Of a stretch of 64,000 nucleotides of DNA, positions 51,331 to 63,248 are shown piece after piece; positions within the stretch are counted from its first letter, which is position 1; every line of letters begins with the position of its first letter. The stretch lies in NCBI GenBank assembly GCA_039028615.1, contig JBCCHT010000007.1, forward strand, positions 192,001 to 256,000, in the 5' to 3' direction. The notes below the pieces were generated by a model. The model did not search any database. It was given only the letters and a program-made list of their open reading frames with translations, and was not told the DNA's origin. This DNA is from Myxococcota bacterium. Lineage in GTDB: Bacteria > Myxococcota_A > Polyangia > Nannocystales > Nannocystaceae. A program made the translations under genes and the position numbers.

Positions 51331-52836
51331 ATGCTCCCAATGTCGACGCTGCTCGATCGCTCGGCCATGGACCTGCTGCGTCTCGTCCGCCAACGCGAGG
51401 TCTCGCCCGTGGAGCTGCTCGAGGCCCATATCGCGCAGATCGAAGCGGTGAACCCCTCGCTCAACGCGATGGCGGCCCCCTGCTACGACGCGGCCCGAAA
51501 CGAGGCGGATGCGGCCGAGAGCCTGATCATGCGCCGCGACCCGGACTCGCTGCCGCCGCTCATCGGCCTGCCCTTTACGGCCAAGGAGTACATCATGGCG
51601 GAGGGCATGCCGCTCACGGGCGGCGTCTGGTCTCGCCGCTCGATTCGGGCCTCTCGCGATGCCACCACCGTGCGAAGGCTGCGGGAGGCGGGCGCGATCT
51701 TGGTGGGGCTCACCAACGTGCCCGAGGGCGGCCTGTGGATGGAGACCTACAACGACATCTATGGGCGCACCGTAAACCCGTGGTCGCCCGCGCACACCTC
51801 GGGGGGCAGCAGCGGCGGCGAGGGGGCCATCGTGGCCGCGGCCGGGGTGGCCTTTGGCCTGGGCGCGGACGTCGGGGGCTCCATCCGCATTCCGGCCGCG
51901 TTCTGCGGGACCGTGGGGCACAAGCCCACCGGGCGCCTCGTCCCCAACACCGGGTTCTGGCCGCCCGCGGGCGAGGGCGACCTGTCGGCCTATCTCGTGT
52001 GCGGACCGCTCACCCGCCGCGTCGAGGACGTCATGCCGATCATGCGCGTGCTGGCCGGGCCCGACGGCGAGGACCCCGTGGTAAAGCCATGGACCCTGGG
52101 TGACCCGAGCGAGGTCGACCTGCGCGACGTGACCGTCTACCCGGTGCCGGGCAACGGCTTCGTGCGCATCAGCTCGGAGAACCGCCGCGTCATCGAGCGC
52201 ACCACCGAGGCCCTGCGGGCCCGCGGGGCCAAGGTCGGCACGTTCGACATCAAGCGGCTCCGCAAGGCCTTTCCCATCTGGGCGGCGATGATGGCCACGG
52301 GCGGCGGGCCCTCGTACAGCCAGGTGCTCGGGGACGGCCGGCCCTTCTCGGCCACGCGCGAGCTGCTGCGGCTGGCCCTGCGACGCTCGCATCACACCCT
52401 GCCCGCGCTGGTGGTCGCCGGTCTCGAAGAGCTCACCGCCAAGCTGCCCGACACCGTCGACGGCGCCATCGCGCAGGGTCGCGCCCTGCAGGCCGAGCTC
52501 GATCGAACCCTGGGCCCGCGAGGAGTCCTGCTGCATCCGCCCTACTCCCGCCCGGCCCCCCGCCACTATCGCTCGCTGCTGACCCCGTTCGACTTCGTGT
52601 GCACCGGCCTGTTCAACGTGCTCGAGATGCCCTCGACCGTGGTGCCCACGGGTTTTTCGAAGGACGGTCTGCCGCTGTCGGTGCAGGTCATCGGAGGGCG
52701 CGGACACGACCACCTGACGGTCGCCGTCGCGTCGGCCGTCGAGCGAGACTTCGGCGGCTGGCAGCGCGCGCGCCCCAGCGGGGTGCTGCCCTCGCGCTTC
52801 ATCGGCCCCGACTCGCCGCTGCACGACCGCACCTGA
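51331..52836 (+). CDS. Amidase signature family (FAAH-like)
   Basis: GLPFTAKE, GLTNVPE, GGSSGGEG, GADVGGSIRIPA.FCG. Confidence 0.93.
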   Translation: MLPMSTLLDRSAMDLLRLVRQREVSPVELLEAHIAQIEAVNPSLNAMAAPCYDAARNEADAAESLIMRRDPDSLPPLIGLPFTAKEYIMAEGMPLTGGVWSRRSIRASRDATTVRRLREAGAILVGLTNVPEGGLWMETYNDIYGRTVNPWSPAHTSGGSSGGEGAIVAAAGVAFGLGADVGGSIRIPAAFCGTVGHKPTGRLVPNTGFWPPAGEGDLSAYLVCGPLTRRVEDVMPIMRVLAGPDGEDPVVKPWTLGDPSEVDLRDVTVYPVPGNGFVRISSENRRVIERTTEALRARGAKVGTFDIKRLRKAFPIWAAMMATGGGPSYSQVLGDGRPFSATRELLRLALRRSHHTLPALVVAGLEELTAKLPDTVDGAIAQGRALQAELDRTLGPRGVLLHPPYSRPAPRHYRSLLTPFDFVCTGLFNVLEMPSTVVPTGFSKDGLPLSVQVIGGRGHDHLTVAVASAVERDFGGWQRARPSGVLPSRFIGPDSPLHDRT

Positions 52837-52892
52837 GGCTCGCGGGGCGGACTTGGCGGGACCCGGCGCGATGCGTCACCATGGAAGGGTCC

Positions 52893-53285
52893 ATGGACGA
52901 GCGCACCAACGAGGAGATCCGCCGACGCCTCAACAAGCAGCGTGAAGAACTCCGCCGCGAAGGCGACCTCGAGATCGCGCCGCTCAAGGACGATCCCACC
53001 AAGAAAGTGGACGAGGACGCGGCCCCCCTGGCGGAGATGAGCCAGGTGATCGCCTCGAGTCGCAACCGCAAGCGCGCCAAGCAGCTCGCGGACATTGCCG
53101 CGGCGCTGCAGCGCATGAAGGACGACCCGGAGGACTTCGGGCTCTGCGAATCCTGCGACGAGCCCATTCCCATGCGCCGCCTCGAGCTCATGCCATGGGC
53201 CCGCCTCTGTGCTCCCTGCCAGTCCGAACAGGACGCGAAGGGAACCCCCGGTGGCAGTCGTAAGCATTTGACTGACTACCGCTGA
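52893..53285 (+). CDS. TraR/DksA C4 zinc-finger protein
   Basis: AALQRM...FGLCESCDEPIPMRRLELMPWARLCAPC; start ATG 52893 (alternative 52881). Confidence 0.88.
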   Translation: MDERTNEEIRRRLNKQREELRREGDLEIAPLKDDPTKKVDEDAAPLAEMSQVIASSRNRKRAKQLADIAAALQRMKDDPEDFGLCESCDEPIPMRRLELMPWARLCAPCQSEQDAKGTPGGSRKHLTDYR

Positions 53286-53559
53286 CGGCCCAACGCAATG
53301 ACGTCGTAGCGCGTTCGTTCATTGCTGTGCCCGTGATCGAAACGAACGCGTCTGCCACTGACTGCGAGATCGGCACGCAATGGAAGTCGATGTTCGAGAG
53401 ACCACGTTCACTGCATGGACGAGCGCTCGGCTGTGTTCGATGTAGTGAAAGATGCGTTGAAAACTACCCTGGGAGCCCAAATTTCGCTGGTTTGGCAGTT
53501 AGAAAACTTAGAGGATGTGTCCGGGCGGTTGGGAGTTTAGCTGGGAATCGGACGGACGA

Positions 53560-54900
53560 ATGAAGGGCACACGGATCAATTGGGTCGCGCTGGGTGGCGT
53601 GGCAGGGCTGTTGGCGATGTCGGGCAACGCGGGCGCAGAGGAGCCCGTCGACGACGTGCGACCACACGGGACCTACGTACAAGTCGACATGGATCCATCG
53701 CGGGTACTGACCGCCGATGACGATCCTCAGGCTGGCGGCGCCCCCCACATCCTCTTTCTCAACCGCTGCGCAGGCGGGCTGACCATCACGCCGGGCAATG
53801 GGGGCTCGGTGGCGAACCAGTCCGGGATCTTGAGCGGCACGGTCAACTTCCCCGAGTTCCCCTACGGCGACGCCGCGTGGGCTCAGGTGATGAACGAGGC
53901 TCGCGAGATTTTCTCGCCATTCAACATCCAGGTGACCGACGTCGACCCGGGCAACGTCTCGCACGACGAGGCGATCGTCTGCGGCACGGGCAGCGGTGCG
54001 GGCTTCGGGGGGGCCGGCGGCGTGGCTCCCTTCACCTGCGGGGTCATCAACAACCCCATCACCTTCACCTTCGCGGAGACCATCGGGAACAACCCGCGGG
54101 TGCTCGCCGAGGTCGTGGGGCAGGAGGCGGCGCACGCCTGGGGCCTCGACCACGAGATGCTCTGCGAAGATCCGATGACGTACCTCAACGGGTGCGGACA
54201 AAAGACCTTCCAAGACGTGGACGCGCAGTGCGGCGAGTTCCAGGCTCGCAACTGCAGCTGCGGTGGAGCCACGCAGAACTCCTACCAGCACATTCTCAAC
54301 ACCTTCGGCTCGGCGATTCCCGATACGCAGTCACCGACGGCGGCGATCACCTATCCCACCGACGGCGAGACCTTCAGCCCGGGCGCGAGCTTCGACATCG
54401 AGGTCAGCGTCAACGACGACGTGCAGGTCACGCTGGTGACGCTGTACTCCGACGGTGATGCGGCCGGTGCCGACGAGACGGATCCCTTCGGGCCCTGGCC
54501 GGTCAGCGGCATCCCCGAGGGCAACTACGAGTTCTATATCGAGGCCGAGGACTTCGCGGGCAACGTGACCCAGAGTCCCACGGTTACCATCCACGTGACC
54601 GCCGACGGCGAGCCCCCGCCCAACCCGGGCGATGACGGGGGCGACGATGGTGGCGACGGCGGCGACGGTGGAGGCTCCGCCGGCGACGACGGAGGTGACG
54701 GTGGCGGCGGCGGCGGCGGTGGCGGTGACGCTGGTGCCGACGGCGACGGCGGGCTGCCCCCGGGCTACGGCTTCGACGAGGATCCCACCACCGACGGCTG
54801 CAACTGCCGCCAGAGTTCGCCCCGCGGCGCCCTGGGCTTCGGTCTGCTGATGTTGGGCCTGCTGGGCCTTCGCACTCACGGACGCCGACGACGACGCTGA
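53560..54900 (+). CDS. Secreted metzincin-like protein with Ig-like domain and MYXO-CTERM-type anchor
   Basis: Signal peptide; QEAAHAWGLDH...DPM; DTQSPTAAITYP Ig-like domain; G/D linker; GCNCR-TM-RRRRR tail. Confidence 0.85.
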   Translation: MKGTRINWVALGGVAGLLAMSGNAGAEEPVDDVRPHGTYVQVDMDPSRVLTADDDPQAGGAPHILFLNRCAGGLTITPGNGGSVANQSGILSGTVNFPEFPYGDAAWAQVMNEAREIFSPFNIQVTDVDPGNVSHDEAIVCGTGSGAGFGGAGGVAPFTCGVINNPITFTFAETIGNNPRVLAEVVGQEAAHAWGLDHEMLCEDPMTYLNGCGQKTFQDVDAQCGEFQARNCSCGGATQNSYQHILNTFGSAIPDTQSPTAAITYPTDGETFSPGASFDIEVSVNDDVQVTLVTLYSDGDAAGADETDPFGPWPVSGIPEGNYEFYIEAEDFAGNVTQSPTVTIHVTADGEPPPNPGDDGGDDGGDGGDGGGSAGDDGGDGGGGGGGGGDAGADGDGGLPPGYGFDEDPTTDGCNCRQSSPRGALGFGLLMLGLLGLRTHGRRRRR

Positions 54901-54929
54901 GAGTTCGCACGCTACCGATCACACGCAAC

Positions 54930-54964
54930 GAGGCCGACATGCACAGCGCATGTCGGCCTCTTTT
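54930..54964 (+). terminator. Intrinsic terminator
   Basis: gaggccgacatgc-acagc-gcatgtcggcctc, perfect 13-bp stem followed by TTTT. Confidence 0.85.
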
Positions 54965-54984
54965 GTTGGTTGCCCGCCGCGCGC

Positions 54985-55779
54985 TCAGGCCGGGTCTTTG
55001 AAGTTGGGCGCCCGCTTCTGCATGCCGGCCATCACCGCTTCCATTTGGTTGGGCTTGCCGAGCACGCCGCGCTGGATCTCCTCCTCCAGTTTCAGCCCGT
55101 CCTCGGTGGAGATGGTGCCCGCGACGTTGAGGATGCGCTTGGCACCGCGGATGGCATCGGGCGAGCGCTGGGCGACCTGACGGGCGGCCTCGAGCGCGGT
55201 CGCCCGTGGGTCGGCGACCACCCGCGTCGCGAGACCGATCTCCACGGCCTCCGTGCCCGGGACGGAACGCCCGGTGAACACCAGCTCCTTGGCGACGTCG
55301 AGCCGCACCAGGTGCCGCAGGGTCTGGGTGCCGGTCATGTCGGGGATGAGGCCCCAGTTGATCTCGCGCACCGAGAGCTTGGCGTCGGCAGTGACGAAGC
55401 GGATGTCCGCGGCCAGGGCGATCTGCAGGCCACCGCCGTACACGTGGCCGTGCAGGGCGGCAATGACCGGCACGGGCACCTCGGCCCAGACCCAGGCCGC
55501 CCGCTGGGCCGTGTTGGCGCTGGAGCCCTCCTGCGGGGCCAGCAGCTGCGCCGGGTTCATGCCCTCGCGCATGAGCGAGGCGAAGTCGAGACCGGCACAG
55601 AACGAGGGGCCCTCACCCGACAGCACGACCGCGCGCAGGCTCTTGTCGTCGATGAGCGAGCTCCCGGCCTCGATCAAGGCCTCGAACATCCGGCGATCGA
55701 GACCGTTGTGCTTGTCGCCCCGGACGAGGCGGACGTCGGCCACGCCCTCCTCGATGTCTACGCGTACGCGGTCGTTCAT
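54985..55779 (-). CDS. Enoyl-CoA hydratase/crotonase family protein
   Basis: SFCAGLDF, PVIAALHG..GGGLQIALAADIR, EINWGLIPDM. Confidence 0.93.
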   Translation of the reverse strand: MNDRVRVDIEEGVADVRLVRGDKHNGLDRRMFEALIEAGSSLIDDKSLRAVVLSGEGPSFCAGLDFASLMREGMNPAQLLAPQEGSSANTAQRAAWVWAEVPVPVIAALHGHVYGGGLQIALAADIRFVTADAKLSVREINWGLIPDMTGTQTLRHLVRLDVAKELVFTGRSVPGTEAVEIGLATRVVADPRATALEAARQVAQRSPDAIRGAKRILNVAGTISTEDGLKLEEEIQRGVLGKPNQMEAVMAGMQKRAPNFKDPA

Positions 55780-55832
55780 GCCTGGTGCTTAGCACGACCC
55801 GGTTGCGCTCGAAACGGCACGCCGCGTCCGCG

Positions 55833-56759
55833 CTACTCCAGGGGCTCCCAGCACAGACACAACAGATTGCGCAGACCACTGCACTCGGCCGTGCCCGTGG
55901 CGAGCCACCCCGCGGGGATCGGGCTGTTGCCCCAGTCCATGCTGCCGACGGTGCCGGGTCCGACGGTGGTCGACCAGTCCGAGCACGAGGCGTCGGGCGT
56001 GCCGTCGGCGAGTGCACCCGTCCAGTACTGGAGCACGCCCCCGGGCGCGAGACCGCTGGCCATGATCTCCACCCGCGTGACCGGCAAGGGTCCGAGGATG
56101 AGCTGGAGGTAGTCGTCGGCAACGACGGTCGTGCCATCGGGTCCGCGAATCTCCAGGTCGATGAACCCGGGCTCGAGCAGCAGCAGCTCCGCCAGCTCGT
56201 AGCTCGGCGCCGAGATGAAGGGCCACACCGCCGCATCGGGCCCGCAGCGCGCGACGGGCAGGCCGAGATCGAGGGCCGCGTCGCACTCGAGCAGCGCTCG
56301 CTCGAGGCCCGTGGCGGGAATGCCCGGAGCGAAGTACCCCGGCATGTCGGGCACGGCGTAGAGCACGGCAAACGGCGTGTCGCCGCCCGAGTCGGTCGAC
56401 TCGTCGAAGGGCCCGTCGTCGAGCACCCCGGTCATCCCGGTCGTGCTCGAATCGACGAGGCCTTCGTCGCTGGCTCCGTCGGTGAAGCCCTGCGAGTCCA
56501 CGCCATCGGTAGTCACCCCGCCGTCGGTGCCTACCGCCTGCGTGTCGCCCCCGCCCATCGAGCCTCCCCGGCCGTCGGCGCCCGAGGTCATCGCCCCCGT
56601 GGTCATCACGCCCATGTCGCCGAAGTCTCCGCCCGTGCCGCCCGCATTGCCCGAGTCGGCCATGAAGGCGGGATTCGGCCGAGAACAGCCGCTCAGCGCC
56701 CACACGGTGCCCACGAACCAGAGACTCGAACTCGACCAACGACGGCGGAAATACAACAA
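55833..56759 (-). CDS. Hypothetical lipoprotein with G/T/D-rich linker and small Cys-containing C-domain
   Basis: Lipobox LSGC; WTG..DG...CSDW...C..LLCLC; start uncertain (TTG 56759). Confidence 0.6.
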   Translation of the reverse strand: MLYFRRRWSSSSLWFVGTVWALSGCSRPNPAFMADSGNAGGTGGDFGDMGVMTTGAMTSGADGRGGSMGGGDTQAVGTDGGVTTDGVDSQGFTDGASDEGLVDSSTTGMTGVLDDGPFDESTDSGGDTPFAVLYAVPDMPGYFAPGIPATGLERALLECDAALDLGLPVARCGPDAAVWPFISAPSYELAELLLLEPGFIDLEIRGPDGTTVVADDYLQLILGPLPVTRVEIMASGLAPGGVLQYWTGALADGTPDASCSDWSTTVGPGTVGSMDWGNSPIPAGWLATGTAECSGLRNLLCLCWEPLE

Positions 56760-56981
56760 GATGGCGAACGACCTGTCGAAGACAATCGCCTCCGCGACAC
56801 GAACACGTCCCAATGTCCGTGTCACGGAGGCGACCGATGGGTGTGGGAGGACACCGCGACGACGCGGTGAGGTACACCTCGGTAGTGACACGGGCCCCCG
56901 GGTGCCACCAGGTCCGCGCGACGAACGGTACTCAGGGGTCGACCAACGGTCTTCCCGAAAACCGAGTGTTGCAATTCGCAA

Positions 56982-58133
56982 CTACGGAGCGTCGCTGCAG
57001 CCCAGGCGCTCGCGGGCCGACTCGACGGCTCGCGCGTATCGGCCCCGCGGGAAGCGGGATGCATGGCGTGCCCAGTGGGCGCATGCGGCCGGAGCATCGT
57101 CGAGATGACGACCCAAGATCTCGCCGAGCTCGTAGCTCAACACTTGGGCGGTTCGAGAGTCCCAACGACGCGACTGCTCGGCCCGCCGCAACACCGACGC
57201 CGCCCGAGCGTAGGCGCCTTCGGACCGCAGCCGAGCCACTTCGTCGATGATCAGCGCCGCCTCGTCCGTCGTGCCACGAACTTTGTTCTGCGGTCGCGCA
57301 CGGGTGCGAGGCGACTCGCCCTCGGTGCGGCGACGCGAAGAACTCGAGCTCTCCGAGGCGCGCTCGGGCGCGTGCTCCGAGGGGGCCGCGTCTAAAGGCG
57401 GAGGAGGCGGTGTCGCGGCGTCGGGCGTGCCCACAGCCTCGCCGACCGCCACCGTCGGACCACGCGCCGCCACCGAGTTCACCGCCATCGCGCCCCAGGT
57501 GTGGCGCTGACCGGGCTCGATGTCGACGACCTCACCGTGCAGGGACGTGAACCGAATCTTGCCCTCGAACAGATCGACGAAGCCCCCATCGGGCCCTTGC
57601 TCGATGGTGAAGCGCGTGCCGATGACGTCGATGGTGCCGTGGGAGACCTGAATCCGCACGGGCTCGGACCCCGCGGGTACGGGCTCGACGTCGAACAGAG
57701 TCTTGCCTTCCACCACCCGGATGCCGCCGTCCTTTTGCAGCACCACGCGCTCCCAGGTCTGCACCGTCAGCTGCGGCGCGACCAGGCGGCACGCACCATC
57801 GAGCACGGTCTCGTCCTGCCGCCCTTGGTGATGACACCCCTCGCCTTCGACGGTGAACATGCCCAGCACGGGGTGCTCGGGAGCCTGGGCCTGCACGGCG
57901 ATGGGTGCCCGCTGAAGGCCCAGGCCCACCACCACCAGCACCAAGGCCGCCCCGGCGGCGAAGGTCAGCGCCGGGAGCCAGCGGTAGCGAAAGCCTCGGA
58001 CCGCGGCACGACGCTCGGCTTCTTTGCGCAGGCGCTCGGCCACCCGAACCCGGGCGCCGGGCGGCATGCCCCGCAGTCGCTGGCGGCGATCGAGCTCACG
58101 CAAGGGCGGAGCGAGGAGGGGTTCGTCAGGCAT
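56982..58133 (-). CDS. FecR-domain anti-sigma factor with TPR-like C-terminus
   Basis: TM helix; VVEG..LFDV, IDVIGTRFTI, VDLFEGKI; C-terminal HASRFPRGRY; GGAGGT SD. Confidence 0.85.
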   Translation of the reverse strand: MPDEPLLAPPLRELDRRQRLRGMPPGARVRVAERLRKEAERRAAVRGFRYRWLPALTFAAGAALVLVVVGLGLQRAPIAVQAQAPEHPVLGMFTVEGEGCHHQGRQDETVLDGACRLVAPQLTVQTWERVVLQKDGGIRVVEGKTLFDVEPVPAGSEPVRIQVSHGTIDVIGTRFTIEQGPDGGFVDLFEGKIRFTSLHGEVVDIEPGQRHTWGAMAVNSVAARGPTVAVGEAVGTPDAATPPPPPLDAAPSEHAPERASESSSSSRRRTEGESPRTRARPQNKVRGTTDEAALIIDEVARLRSEGAYARAASVLRRAEQSRRWDSRTAQVLSYELGEILGRHLDDAPAACAHWARHASRFPRGRYARAVESARERLGCSDAP

Positions 58134-58698
58134 CGCCGACCTCCCATCCCTGGGCCCGTACACGGGCCTCGGCCCGCTTCACGAGCTTGCAGACGTAGCC
58201 CTTGGAGTGACCGAGGATCCCCCCGATCTCGACCAAGGTCTTGCCGTCGATGTGGACCATGCAAAACGCGATGCGCTCTTTGGGCGGCAGGCGCTCGAGC
58301 ACGGTGGAGGCCTGGTCGAGCCCCTCGCGCGCGGCGATGAGCCGCTCGGGGTCGACGGGCGGACGGACCTTCTCGCCCAGCAGCCAGCGCACGGGCGCGG
58401 CGTTGCGGACCCGCTGCCGTCGCAGCCGGTTGAGGCAGTAGTTGCTGGTGACGCGGTAGAACCACCCCTCGAGACCATCGCGCTCGTCGAGCCGATCGAT
58501 GGCATCGAACAGCCGCAGGAACACCTCTTGGGTGACGTCCTCGGCCCAGGCCGCGTTGCCGCTGCCGTAGCGCAGGGCGAGGCGATAGACCAAGTCGTGG
58601 TAGCGACGATACAGGGCGTCGACCTGCAGCGGCTCCGACTTGGGCACTTCGATCTCGCCCAGCTCGGACAGCGCCATGACGTCGCTGGTCTCGCTCAT
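58126..58698 (-). CDS. ECF sigma-70 factor
   Basis: AEDVTQEVFLRL, WFYRVTSNYCLNRLR, LPPKER...EIGGILG; start ATG 58698 with GGAGGA SD. Confidence 0.92.
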   Translation of the reverse strand: MSETSDVMALSELGEIEVPKSEPLQVDALYRRYHDLVYRLALRYGSGNAAWAEDVTQEVFLRLFDAIDRLDERDGLEGWFYRVTSNYCLNRLRRQRVRNAAPVRWLLGEKVRPPVDPERLIAAREGLDQASTVLERLPPKERIAFCMVHIDGKTLVEIGGILGHSKGYVCKLVKRAEARVRAQGWEVGDA

Positions 58699-60035
58699 TC
58701 GATCCTCCAGCCGTGGCTGATGCCGAACATGAAGCCGACCCGCCAGGCGGGGCGGCTCCACACGACGCGACTGTCTTCGAACGCCCCGACCCGATGATCC
58801 CAGGCCGTCGACGCGACGCCCGGATCGATGGTGACGAGCAGGCGGGTGCGCTTGCGAACGGTGAACGCGTAGGTCACGGGCAGCTCGGCGGCGAAGGCCA
58901 TGTCACTGCCCGTTCGATCGCCGGAGTTGAAGGCATGCAGGTCCGTCCCGATGAGCGCAGCGACGTCGATGTGCCCGCGCTCGCCCGCCTGGAACTCCCA
59001 GTCGGGGCCCACCGCGAGCCGGGTGTCGAGCACGGTGTACGCCGAAGCACCCGAGGGGGTCATGCTGACCGACAGCCGCGCCCCCGCGCCGTGGATCTTG
59101 CCCATGCGCCAGCCCGCCTGGAACAGCGGGTCGACCTGGGCCCCCCGCAGGGCGACGCCCGCCCGGCTGATCAAGCGCATCTCGGCGCGCGGCGGGCCTT
59201 GCATGGGCGCGAGCTCGAGGTCGTCTTCGACGACCGGCCGCAGCGGAGGCGGAGCCGCGAGGTCGGCCGCAGGGGGGCCGCCGACGGTGTCGAGATCGAG
59301 GCGATCGGGCTCTTGGTCGGGCGCCCGCATGGCGTCGACGACCGACCGCGCCGCACCGCGGATCACCTCGGGTGAACCATCGCCGAGGTCGAGCACGAAG
59401 CTCGCGGGTGCGCAGTCTTCGGACGCGAGCCCCAAGCCCACCTCGGCCAGGGACCCCACCTGAGTGATGCAGGCCAAGGTATCCGACGGCGCCGGGTCGC
59501 GGGTCAGGGTGACGCCCGAGTGCAGGGTCACCACCGCCATCGCCTCGAGGAAGTCGTCGTGCCGCGAGCCTTCGACGAAGCGCAGGGCCAGGCCGGGCTC
59601 GGGTGACGCCACCGGCTCGCTCGGGTCGCAGGTCTGCTCGACCCCCATCAGCGCGCGGTGCAGAAGCTCGAGCCGCAGCACCGCCTCGGGGCCTTCCTCG
59701 ACCACGAAGCTGCGCTGGCCTCGGCCCACCGCGTCGACGACCAAGCCGCCTTCGGCCCTTCGCACGTGCACCACCCCGTGGGCCCCGCGCTCGTTGGCCG
59801 CGACGTCGTAGCCTTCCTCGAGCAGCCGACGCACGAGCCAGCCCCGCAACGCGGTGAGCTGGGCCTGCTCGGCAGCATCGACGGTGGGCTCGAGGTGCAC
59901 CTCGACCGCGACCGTGGGTCGGGCGGCAAGCATGAGGCTGAGGGCAAGGGCAGACACGACGACAGCGTTGGGGCCGCGGATGCGGCGCTGGGCCCGTCTA
60001 GGTCTGTCACCCCCAGACCCCCTCCAGGTTTCCAA
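58695..60035 (-). CDS. Exported protein with C-terminal beta-barrel-like region, first gene of the ECF-FecR operon
   Basis: Signal-like hydrophobic stretch; amphipathic C-terminal strands; ATGA overlap with the sigma gene; start uncertain. Confidence 0.65.
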   Translation of the reverse strand: METWRGSGGDRPRRAQRRIRGPNAVVVSALALSLMLAARPTVAVEVHLEPTVDAAEQAQLTALRGWLVRRLLEEGYDVAANERGAHGVVHVRRAEGGLVVDAVGRGQRSFVVEEGPEAVLRLELLHRALMGVEQTCDPSEPVASPEPGLALRFVEGSRHDDFLEAMAVVTLHSGVTLTRDPAPSDTLACITQVGSLAEVGLGLASEDCAPASFVLDLGDGSPEVIRGAARSVVDAMRAPDQEPDRLDLDTVGGPPAADLAAPPPLRPVVEDDLELAPMQGPPRAEMRLISRAGVALRGAQVDPLFQAGWRMGKIHGAGARLSVSMTPSGASAYTVLDTRLAVGPDWEFQAGERGHIDVAALIGTDLHAFNSGDRTGSDMAFAAELPVTYAFTVRKRTRLLVTIDPGVASTAWDHRVGAFEDSRVVWSRPAWRVGFMFGISHGWRIE

Positions 60036-60184
60036 GAGTCTGCGGATCGATCACGGCAAATCGCGCAAACGGCCACCAGTGGGCCCACAGGCGCTGTTTT
60101 CCGCGCTCGGGCGACGACCGCGCAGGCTCCGCCCGCGTCTGAATCGGCGGGCGTCCGGCCATCGACCCCGCGCCGCCGCACGGC

Positions 60185-60964
60185 TCACCAGGAGACTTCG
60201 AGGTGCCCCTCGCCGTCGGTCTGCCCGCACACGCCGGGCTCGGTCACCGCCTCGAGCTCGAGGCGAAGACACGACCCGTCCTTCACCAGGCGAGACCCGG
60301 GGCCCGCCGCATAGACCCGCCGCACCGTCGAGTCGCCGTGGATCGTGTGGCGGACCCACGCATCCTCGACGGCCATCGATCCGTCGGCGCCGGGCGGCCC
60401 GTGGCGAACCACGATCCGCAGCGACTGCTCCCCGGAGATGAAGCCGGCCTCGCGCAGGTTGCCGTCCTGGTTGGCCGAGGTGGAGGTCCGGTCGAAGCGA
60501 CCGTCGATGGCCCCTTCGAAGACCGCGTCGTTGGAGCACGAACCGTCGTCGCCGAAAAACCCGGTGACGGTCAGCGTCCCCTCTCGCTTGGCGGACCGCT
60601 CGTCGAGGATCGCCTCGACGCCGCCCACGTCGAGCGAGCCCTCGCGAAAATCGAAGGACCCGTGGTTCACCCGACCGCAGTGCCACACGCCCTCGTCGGC
60701 GGCGCTCCGCGACAAGAACATGCTGCCCTCGAGATGGCGTCCCGTGCGAAAAAGCGAGATCCGACCGCCGCCGATGAGCTCGATGTAGTGCTCCGCGTTC
60801 GATCGGCCGCCCGCCTGGAGGCGCGACCGACCGGAGACGCTCTGCCCCGCCACCTCCCCCGAGACCACCACGAAGCCCCGCGGCGCCAGGGTGAGCCACG
60901 CGATCCCGACGATGGCGGCGAGACCGAGGACCAAGAGGGCGACGTTGCGGAGCCGTGAGTTCAT
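60185..60964 (-). CDS. Hypothetical membrane-anchored protein
   Basis: ATG 60964 lies 7 bp after the aminopeptidase stop; N-terminal TM helix. Confidence 0.6.
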   Translation of the reverse strand: MNSRLRNVALLVLGLAAIVGIAWLTLAPRGFVVVSGEVAGQSVSGRSRLQAGGRSNAEHYIELIGGGRISLFRTGRHLEGSMFLSRSAADEGVWHCGRVNHGSFDFREGSLDVGGVEAILDERSAKREGTLTVTGFFGDDGSCSNDAVFEGAIDGRFDRTSTSANQDGNLREAGFISGEQSLRIVVRHGPPGADGSMAVEDAWVRHTIHGDSTVRRVYAAGPGSRLVKDGSCLRLELEAVTEPGVCGQTDGEGHLEVSW

Positions 60965-60971
60965 TTCTTTT

Positions 60972-62963
<1,992 letters not shown>

Positions 62964-62989
62964 ACACCCAGGTCAACCGACGTTCTAAG

Positions 62990-63230
62990 ACATGTGATCT
63001 GAAGTGTGGCCTAGTGCCCCCAATCTATTCATCTGTCTACGATTGGAAATGTTAGAATTGCAGGAGCAGATCATTCGTAGGGAGATCTCTTAACCGTGCG
63101 CAATTGCGCGTCCCAATCGCGTTTCATGATTTGTTGAGTATTTTCATGGGAAGCACCCCCACAAATATTTTCAGTGCGGAGCAAATTTTCACTTGAACTA
63201 AAAAGCGTAATCTAGCTTAATGGCCAGCGT
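62990..63230. promoter_or_regulatory. AT-rich divergent regulatory region
   Basis: Visibly the lowest-GC stretch in the window; ATTTTCA repeated at 63140, 63167 and 63185. Confidence 0.55.
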
Positions 63231-63248
63231 CGAAGCGAGACGCCCGCC

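Noticed and set aside
53295..53350. 10-bp inverted repeat cgcgttcgtt/aacgaacgcg after the dksA-like gene
   Set aside because: Long loop, no U-tract and no further support; may be chance or a weak terminator
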